A stretch of 64,000 bases of DNA from an uncultured Anaerotignum sp. (GTDB taxonomy: Bacteria; Bacillota; Clostridia; Lachnospirales; Anaerotignaceae). The stretch is from assembly GCA_910578425.1 (NCBI GenBank), contig CAJTQX010000003.1:8183-72182 (forward strand), written 5' to 3'. The position numbers and the translations under genes were made by a program. The notes beneath the pieces were generated by a model. That model was not told the origin of the DNA and made no database searches. It saw only the letters and a list, made by a program, of their open reading frames with translations. This document shows, piece after piece, positions 57,920 through 64,000 of this stretch (its first letter is position 1; the number at the start of each line of letters is the position of its first letter).

Positions 57920-58008
57920 CAGGCAGTGTCGTCATGAGTCGTGTATACGTATTTTCGAGCATAATTTTGCCGGAAAGGCGTGCGTGGACACCTGTGACGA
58001 TACTGCAT
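57920..58008. mobile_element. MITE-like family B, copy 3
   Basis: CAGGCAGTGTCGTCA ... TGACGATACTGC. Confidence 0.75.
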
Positions 58009-58012
58009 AAAA

Positions 58013-58052
58013 TGAAGGGCTGGAAAACTGAGGTTTTTCGGCTCTTTTTGTT
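58013..58052 (+). terminator. Probable terminator of the dnaK operon
   Basis: AAGGGCTGGAAAAC..GTTTTTCGGCTCTT followed by T-tract. Confidence 0.55.
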
Positions 58053-58134
58053 TCTAAAGAAATTCTTAAAATTTTGGTAAAGAAAAGTGAAGAATTCAGT
58101 AGTATACTGGCGGAAAAGAAAGGGGGAGGAAGAA

Positions 58135-58713
58135 ATGAAGGCAAGGAAGCTGATGGTTTCTCTCTGTGTGGCGGCGGCGTTTTGCACTGGCTGTGCGGAC
58201 GAACAGGCGAACCCGGCAGGGCAGACGATTGTGCTGGAAAGCGTCGCGCTGATGGAGCATGCGGATACGGGTTTGCCATATTTCCACGATACACTGAAAA
58301 ACAATACGGAAAAGACGATTACGGCGGTGGAGACGGCGATGCTTGCCTATGATGCGGAGGGTCAGCCGCTGGAGCTGTATTGGGACTTCATGGATTCCGG
58401 TGCGGAACCGAAATATGGGCATCTGCGGTTTGAGGATATGGAGCTTTTGCCCGGAAAGACGAAGGACGAAGACGGAGGCTGGACACTGTATGACGGGGAA
58501 AAAATGGAGGGCTGGCCCGTCCGCGGGGACGGCGGCGCAAACAGGGCGGAATATGGACTGTTTTGCGTGAAACGTGTGGAGTTTGAAGATGGGACGGCGT
58601 GGGAAAATCCGGATTACGCAGACTGGAGGGAGGAATATCAGGGAAAGGCAAAGGACGCGGCTTCTTTGCAGGAATATTACCCGAAAGAATATTGTATATT
58701 GTCGGCAGAATAA
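58135..58713 (+). CDS. Lipoprotein (DUF5780-like)
   Basis: Lipobox CTGC; KNNTEKTI..AYDAEG, VEFEDGTAWENPDY. Confidence 0.65.
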   Translation: MKARKLMVSLCVAAAFCTGCADEQANPAGQTIVLESVALMEHADTGLPYFHDTLKNNTEKTITAVETAMLAYDAEGQPLELYWDFMDSGAEPKYGHLRFEDMELLPGKTKDEDGGWTLYDGEKMEGWPVRGDGGANRAEYGLFCVKRVEFEDGTAWENPDYADWREEYQGKAKDAASLQEYYPKEYCILSAE

Positions 58714-58764
58714 AAGGCGGTTGCGGAGCGGCTCTGCGGGTTATGAAGAAAGGTGGAATGGGTT

Positions 58765-59418
58765 ATGAAATTTGGGAAGGTTATTATGCTGTCCTGTGTG
58801 GCAGCAGGGCTGGCAACGGGCTGTGTTTCCATTGGCAACAGCGGAATGGAGGACTTAAGCAACTTAAGCAGGGAGGAACGGGCAGAACTGGAGCAGGGGA
58901 TGGAGGAAATGCGGACAGAACTGGACGAGGTATCAACGGAGTTTTACGGCGCGCTGGACGAGGCAAGGAGCGAAATGCAGGAGGAGCTGGACGGTGCGGG
59001 CTGGATACGTGAGATGATATGCGAGGGCGTGGAACGCCCCAGAAAGGTGTTCTGGCAGAAAGGGGATACGGTAGCTGAGATCGGGGACAGGGAAGAATTT
59101 GCCGAAAACCTTGCGGTGGAGGACTGGAAAGCAAGTACGGAGGATACAGAGGGGCTGGAAGTGGACTCCGTATATACGATACAGTGGAAAAAATCCATCG
59201 GGCTTTTGGATGGGCGGAAGAATGAGTACGTGGACATGGGCACGCTGACGGTTTACAGGGATTCCAACCTTGTTGCCGCAAGGATCTGCGTGATGGACGA
59301 AATTTTCGGGAAAATGCAGGGGCTGCTTGGAGAGGGCGGAACAGGGATGGATTTTACTATCGTTTATGAGGTGCCGGATAAAGCGTTGGAGTTCCTGAGA
59401 GGGCCTGTAGAGCAATAA
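58765..59418 (+). CDS. Hypothetical lipoprotein
   Basis: Lipobox ATGC; acidic coiled segment. Confidence 0.65.
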   Translation: MKFGKVIMLSCVAAGLATGCVSIGNSGMEDLSNLSREERAELEQGMEEMRTELDEVSTEFYGALDEARSEMQEELDGAGWIREMICEGVERPRKVFWQKGDTVAEIGDREEFAENLAVEDWKASTEDTEGLEVDSVYTIQWKKSIGLLDGRKNEYVDMGTLTVYRDSNLVAARICVMDEIFGKMQGLLGEGGTGMDFTIVYEVPDKALEFLRGPVEQ

Positions 59419-59427
59419 GGATATGCG

Positions 59428-59610
59428 TTGCTGGGAAGGGCAGCGGAAACTGTGGACTATGCGGTGACGGAACAGGACGTTCTGGACTGGGAAAGCCGGC
59501 ATGGGCAGATTCCGGAAAACGCTTTTGCCGCAATCCGCAGCCTGGATAATTATAATGCAGACGGGAATAAGCATTATCCCAGTCTGGCAATGCAGCGAAT
59601 TTGTTTTGAT
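59428..59610 (+). pseudogene. Internal remnant of a cyclase (kynurenine formamidase-like) family gene
   Basis: DYAVTEQDVLDWESRHGQIPENAFAAIRS..ADGNKHYP resembles the middle of cyclase-family proteins; both termini missing. Confidence 0.6.
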
Positions 59611-59659
59611 TCCCCCCATATGGAAGTATGGGGGGATTTTATCATGTTTCAAAACGCAT

Positions 59660-59817
59660 TAGGCAGTGTCGTTATGAGTCGTGTATACGTATTTTTGAGC
59701 ATCATTTTGTCAGATTTCAGGCAAAAATTTGCAGGCGGTACAGCAAGAATTTTTAACGAAAAAGTCGACAAAATTTGCCGGACAGGCGTGTGCAGACACC
59801 TGTGGCGACACTGCTTA
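59660..59817. mobile_element. MITE-like family B, copy 4 (long form)
   Basis: TAGGCAGTGTCGTTA ... TGGCGACACTGCTTA with extra internal segment; right end holds the stop of the convergent gene. Confidence 0.78.
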
Positions 59818-60993
59818 AAGCAGGCCGCAGGCTTTCAAAGCTGCTCGAATGTCTGCAATCAGATCTTCTGCTGCTTCCAGGCCGACGCTGAACCGGAAAA
59901 AGCCTTCCCGAAAAATTTCAGGGTAATGGGGCAGTTTATCACTATTTTTGTCATAGTAAACAATTAGGCTTTCTACATCGCCTAAGGATACAGCGTGCGT
60001 TATCAGGGTAAGCGCGTCCAAAAACTGCTGGTGTTGTTTTTCCGTACCCTTTATGTCAAAGGCAATCATACCGGAATAGCCGCCATGCAGAAGGGCTGCG
60101 GCACGATCATGCTGGGGGTGGCTGGCAAGCCCGGGATACCAGATAAAACGGACGGCAGGACAGCTTTCCAGAAATTTTGCGACTTCTAACGCCACTTCGC
60201 TGTGCTGTTTCATGCGAAGGGGAAGCGTGACCAATCCGCGGGCAACAAGCCAGGCATTGAAGGGGCTTAAAATGCCGCCGAAATTTACCATTGCGATTTC
60301 CTTAACCTGCGCGAGCAGTTCCTTACTCCCCATGATACAGCCGCCTAAGGAGTCGCCATGGCCATTGATATATTTTGTCATGCTGTGGATTTCCAAATCC
60401 GCGCCAAGTTTCAGCGGGAACAGACTGACAGGACCTGCGAATGTTGCGTCAACGGAAAGCAGAGCATTGGCGGAATGAGCGATTTTGGAAATGGCTGCAA
60501 TATCGCTGATTCCTGTGGTTGGGTTGCCTGGCGTTTCTACATGGACAAGCCGCGTATTTGGGCGCATTGCGGCGCGGACGGCCTCGGTATCCGTCGTATC
60601 GACAAATGTTACCTCAATATTATATTTTTCGGGCAGATATTTTCTGAACAGCAGGTTTGTCGCGCTGTAACAGACCTCGGAAACAACTGCATGGTCGCCG
60701 CTGTTCAGAAATGGAATGAACACGCCTGCCAGAGCCGCCACACCACTGGCAAATACGGCGCAGTCTTCCGCGCCTGTCAGCGCGCAGAGCTTATCCTGCA
60801 ATACCATTTGGTTGATATTGCGGTTGCGGGCATAGATATTGCTTTCCGTTCCGCTCCAGTCAACGGGCGTGCCGTCTGTGGGGATACGATAGTTGGAAGT
60901 CATGTAAACAGGTTGGTTGATTGCGCCGAAAGTATCATCTTTTCTTGCACCGCCATGTACGGCTACAGTATGGATATTTGCATTCTCTCTCAT
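59815..60993 (-). CDS. PLP-dependent trans-sulfuration enzyme (cystathionine/methionine gamma-lyase family)
   Basis: FASGVAA, ETPGNPT, VDATF, HSMTKYINGHGD, SLGDVESL, RFSVGLE. Confidence 0.92.
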   Translation of the reverse strand: MRENANIHTVAVHGGARKDDTFGAINQPVYMTSNYRIPTDGTPVDWSGTESNIYARNRNINQMVLQDKLCALTGAEDCAVFASGVAALAGVFIPFLNSGDHAVVSEVCYSATNLLFRKYLPEKYNIEVTFVDTTDTEAVRAAMRPNTRLVHVETPGNPTTGISDIAAISKIAHSANALLSVDATFAGPVSLFPLKLGADLEIHSMTKYINGHGDSLGGCIMGSKELLAQVKEIAMVNFGGILSPFNAWLVARGLVTLPLRMKQHSEVALEVAKFLESCPAVRFIWYPGLASHPQHDRAAALLHGGYSGMIAFDIKGTEKQHQQFLDALTLITHAVSLGDVESLIVYYDKNSDKLPHYPEIFREGFFRFSVGLEAAEDLIADIRAALKACGLL

Positions 60994-61074
60994 AATACTC
61001 CTCCTTATCAGTCTGCATGGGTTTTCTTTTATGGAATAACCATAGCACAACATAAACGATATGTAAAACAGTTG

Positions 61075-61110
61075 TTTTTGATAAAATCAATCAAAAAAAC
61101 AGATTGATTT
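61075..61110. promoter_or_regulatory. Probable LysR-type operator in the divergent intergenic region
   Basis: TTTTGAT-N7-ATCAAAA dyad overlapping AATCAATC-N9-GATTGATT. Confidence 0.45.
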
Positions 61111-61156
61111 TGCGTAGAGAATCGTGTACGATAAAAGAAGAAAAAGGAGGGCGAAC

Positions 61157-62053
61157 ATGGAAATACGGAATCTGAACACATTTCTGAAAGTGGCTGCATT
61201 GCAGAACTTTACACAGGCTGGCAGGGAACTGGGCTATTCCCAGTCGAACGTCAGCACTCAGATACAGCAGTTGGAGCGGGAGGTGGGCGTGCCGCTGTTT
61301 AACCGCATTGGGCGGAGCGTTTCCCTGACGCAGTACGGGACGGAGCTTCTGCCGTATGCACAGCAGATTGTATCTACATCAGTGCGGATGGAGAATTTTA
61401 TGAAATCGGAAAAGACGCTTGGCGGTGCTGTGAGGATTGGGATTGTAGAATCGCTGTTTGCGTTTTTGACGGAAGAATTTTTTATACGTTACCATGAAAG
61501 GTTTCAGCGCGTGGAAATAGAGCTGACGGTAGACGCGACGGAAACGCTGAAAGAAGATCTGCGGAAAGGACGTTTGGATGCCGCCTGCCTGATTGATTCA
61601 CCGCTTTACGAAACGGAGTGGCGGAAGTGGCACAGTGTGGACGTGCCGGTCGTGATTGTGGCAAGCCCCTGCCATCCACTTGCGGGGCGGGAAGTTATAA
61701 GCCCTGAAGATTTGGAAGGACAGGAGTTTGTGCTGATGGAGGACTCCGCGCCATATAACCAAAGGTTCCGGGAATTTCTTGCGCGACATAACGTTGCTGT
61801 CCGCCCATTTTTGAAGCTGCAAAGTGCGGAAAAGGCGTGCCGGTTGGTAGAAAAAGGAAACTGCCTGTCATTCCTGCCGATATATACAGTAAGGCGCGCG
61901 GCGGAAAGCGGAAAGGTACAGATTTTGCGGATATTGGAGGAGCAGACTCAGTCTGTGCAGATCGTACTGCATAAGAGCCACGTGGTGACGCCGCAACTGG
62001 AGGGATTCATGGAGGAACTCCGGAAAACCCTGGGAGCGGCAATAGACGGATAA
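61157..62053 (+). CDS. LysR family transcriptional regulator
   Basis: NFTQAGRELGYSQSNVSTQIQQLE..LFNR..LTQYG. Confidence 0.95.
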   Translation: MEIRNLNTFLKVAALQNFTQAGRELGYSQSNVSTQIQQLEREVGVPLFNRIGRSVSLTQYGTELLPYAQQIVSTSVRMENFMKSEKTLGGAVRIGIVESLFAFLTEEFFIRYHERFQRVEIELTVDATETLKEDLRKGRLDAACLIDSPLYETEWRKWHSVDVPVVIVASPCHPLAGREVISPEDLEGQEFVLMEDSAPYNQRFREFLARHNVAVRPFLKLQSAEKACRLVEKGNCLSFLPIYTVRRAAESGKVQILRILEEQTQSVQIVLHKSHVVTPQLEGFMEELRKTLGAAIDG

Positions 62054-62176
62054 AAACGGCAAAATGTATCTTCTTTTCTGGTGAAATGCGGGCAGCATTC
62101 CTTTTGAGCTCTGCCTGAAAAAGTCTGCAAAAGGGATGCTGCGGTATTTTTCACAAGCCGGACAACAGCAGCTGTT

Positions 62177-64000
62177 CTATTTGAATGATTCATCTATAAA
62201 CTGCTCTAAAAATGCTGCTTCGCTGAGGATTGGCACACCCAGATCCCGTGCCTTTTTATTTTTGGCAGATTCTGAATGCACGTCATTATTGATCAGGAAA
62301 TTTGTTTTTTTCGTAACGCTGCCCGTTACTTTCCCACCGCCCTGCTCGATCAAAGCCTGCAATTCTTTACGGTTCGTAAAATGCTCCAAATCTCCGGTTA
62401 TAACGAATGTCATACCGACAAGCGGACTGTTTTCCTGCTTTTCTTCCGGTTTACGCAGCGTGAGCAGCGGCAGAACTTCTTCCAGCAGGTGCAGATGATC
62501 CGTTTCCTGAAAATACTGCGCAATGCTGTGTGCGATGACTGCCCCGAACCCATCAGCTTCCGCCAGTTCTTCTTCTGTCGCGCTTTTGATCTGTGCCAAA
62601 TCATACCCACAGTGTGCACAGAGCAGCTTTGCATTACGCAGACCGACATGATTGATTCCCAGCGCGTAAATCAGGCGCGGCAGGTCGGTTTCCTTTGCTT
62701 TCTCAACAGACTCAATCAGGTTTTTGTAGGATTTTTCCCCAAAGCCTTCCATGCCGCAGATTTCCTGGCGGTGCTGTTCCAAATGGAACAGATCCGGATA
62801 ATTTTCCACAAAACCGCGTTCCAGAAATTTTTTCAGCGTTTCCTCGGAAAGTCCTTCGATATTCATTGCGTCCCGCGAAACAAAGTGGCTTAAAGCCTGT
62901 ATCCTCTGTGCGCTGCAATTCGGATTTGTGCAGTATAACGCTTCGCCGTCCCGCAGTTTCCGTACTTCCGTTTCCCCGCCGCAGACAAAGCAATGCTCTG
63001 GAATTTCAGCTGTGGAAATTTCCCCAGTCAGGTTTTCTGCAATCTGCGGAATGATCATGTTTGCCTTATAAACTTTGATTGTATCACCGATGCTTAATTT
63101 CAATTCCTTCAAAATGCTGACGTTATGCACACTGGCGCGGCTTACCGTAGAGCCCTCCAGTTCCACAGGGTCGAATACGGCAACCGGATTCATAAGCCCT
63201 GTGCGGGAGGTGTTCCATTGTATTTCGCGCAGCGTAGTTTCGGCCATTTCGTCCGCCCATTTGAATGCAATGGAATCCTTCGGAAATTTGGAGGTACGCC
63301 CCAGGCTTTCGCTGTAAGAAATGCTGTCAAACGTCAGTACGAGCCCATCGGAGGCAATATCATTCCCTGTGATATGTTCCCGAAACCACTCCACAGCCTC
63401 TGCGACAGTTCCGGCCGTCACCAGCTTCTGTTCAACGGCTTCAAAGCCAAGCTCTTTCAGCCAGGACATATTTTCTGACTTGCTGTCGGAAAGCGTTCTG
63501 CCTTCTGCACTGACAAGCGTAAATGCGTAAAAACGCACGTTTCGCTCCGCGGCGATTTCGCTGTTCAGCTGACGTACTGTTCCGCTGCAAAGATTACGGG
63601 GATTTTTATATTTTTCCTCATCGTCCAGCGCGTCATTGATGCGGCGGAACGCGCTGTATGGAATGACGCCCTCGCCACGCAGAACAAGCTCGCCGGAAAA
63701 GGGAATTGCAAGCGGGATATTCTGGAATACGCGGGCGTTGTGCGTCACATCTTCGCCGACTTCGCCGTTGCCGCGTGTAATGGCCTGCTCCAGTGCGCCG
63801 CCGCGGTATTTCAGCACGATAGTCAGCCCGTCCAGCTTCCAGGAAAGTATCCCCGTTTTATCGCCCAGAAAGCTCTCCAGCTTGCCTGTTTCCTTTGTTT
63901 TATCCAGCGAAAGAATCGGGCTTTCATGCTGTACTTTTTTCAGGCTGCTCAATACGGTATAACCGACTTTCTGCGTTGGGCTGTTGGCGAGAATCGTCCC
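62177..64000 (-). CDS. ligA: NAD-dependent DNA ligase (5' end outside window)
   Basis: SLDK, KLDG adenylation motif, TRGNG, RGE, NPRN, Zn finger, BRCT (VITGDL..GGKVTGSVTKKT); frame stays open to window end. Confidence 0.97.
   Translation of the reverse strand, partial: GTILANSPTQKVGYTVLSSLKKVQHESPILSLDKTKETGKLESFLGDKTGILSWKLDGLTIVLKYRGGALEQAITRGNGEVGEDVTHNARVFQNIPLAIPFSGELVLRGEGVIPYSAFRRINDALDDEEKYKNPRNLCSGTVRQLNSEIAAERNVRFYAFTLVSAEGRTLSDSKSENMSWLKELGFEAVEQKLVTAGTVAEAVEWFREHITGNDIASDGLVLTFDSISYSESLGRTSKFPKDSIAFKWADEMAETTLREIQWNTSRTGLMNPVAVFDPVELEGSTVSRASVHNVSILKELKLSIGDTIKVYKANMIIPQIAENLTGEISTAEIPEHCFVCGGETEVRKLRDGEALYCTNPNCSAQRIQALSHFVSRDAMNIEGLSEETLKKFLERGFVENYPDLFHLEQHRQEICGMEGFGEKSYKNLIESVEKAKETDLPRLIYALGINHVGLRNAKLLCAHCGYDLAQIKSATEEELAEADGFGAVIAHSIAQYFQETDHLHLLEEVLPLLTLRKPEEKQENSPLVGMTFVITGDLEHFTNRKELQALIEQGGGKVTGSVTKKTNFLINNDVHSESAKNKKARDLGVPILSEAAFLEQFIDESFK

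Noticed and set aside
59611..59967. 3' part of the 179-aa ORF 59428-59967
   Set aside because: Reads through a MITE-like element and into the antisense of the lyase gene; only the 5' part resembles a protein
60994..61156. SAM riboswitch or T-box upstream of the trans-sulfuration lyase
   Set aside because: Region is short and AT-rich without the conserved motifs; a divergent LysR explains regulation
1..64000. Prophage, integrase, transposase, defence system, rRNA or tRNA genes
   Set aside because: No supporting motifs recognised by eye; a covariance-model scan would be needed to exclude small RNAs

Overview
Core chromosomal segment of a moderately GC-rich, spore-forming Clostridia-type Firmicute (gene content resembles Lachnospirales/Anaerotignum-like gut anaerobes; taxonomy is an inference). 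It holds recA, the SCIFF ranthipeptide pair scfA/scfB coupled to a PLP amino-acid decarboxylase, a pyruvylated secondary cell-wall polysaccharide locus (MurJ fused to an O-antigen ligase/polymerase-family domain, GT4, two DUF4330-like proteins, GT4-CsaB fusion, TagA), ftsEX and an S41 protease, truA-ppaC, a minus-strand cluster with an atypical LDH-fold protein and an Fe-S flavoprotein, rsmD-coaD-ylbJ, MoxR/DUF58, a GGDEF protein, an ECF sigma/anti-sigma operon, hemW-hrcA-grpE-dnaK-dnaJ with a perfect CIRCE, a LysR/trans-sulfuration lyase pair and the 3' part of ligA. I see no CRISPR array, rRNA, tRNA, transposase, integrase or phage gene. The intergenic DNA is dense with palindromic elements: a modular REP-like family, a four-copy MITE-like family and several other inverted-repeat elements. 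The most notable candidates are a stand-alone FliG C-terminal-like protein in the ECF operon, a 29-aa hydrophobic ORF with an occluded RBS that the ORF track misses, the MurJ-ligase/polymerase fusion, and an LDH-fold enzyme with a rewired active site. All family calls come from motifs recognised by eye; no searches were run.
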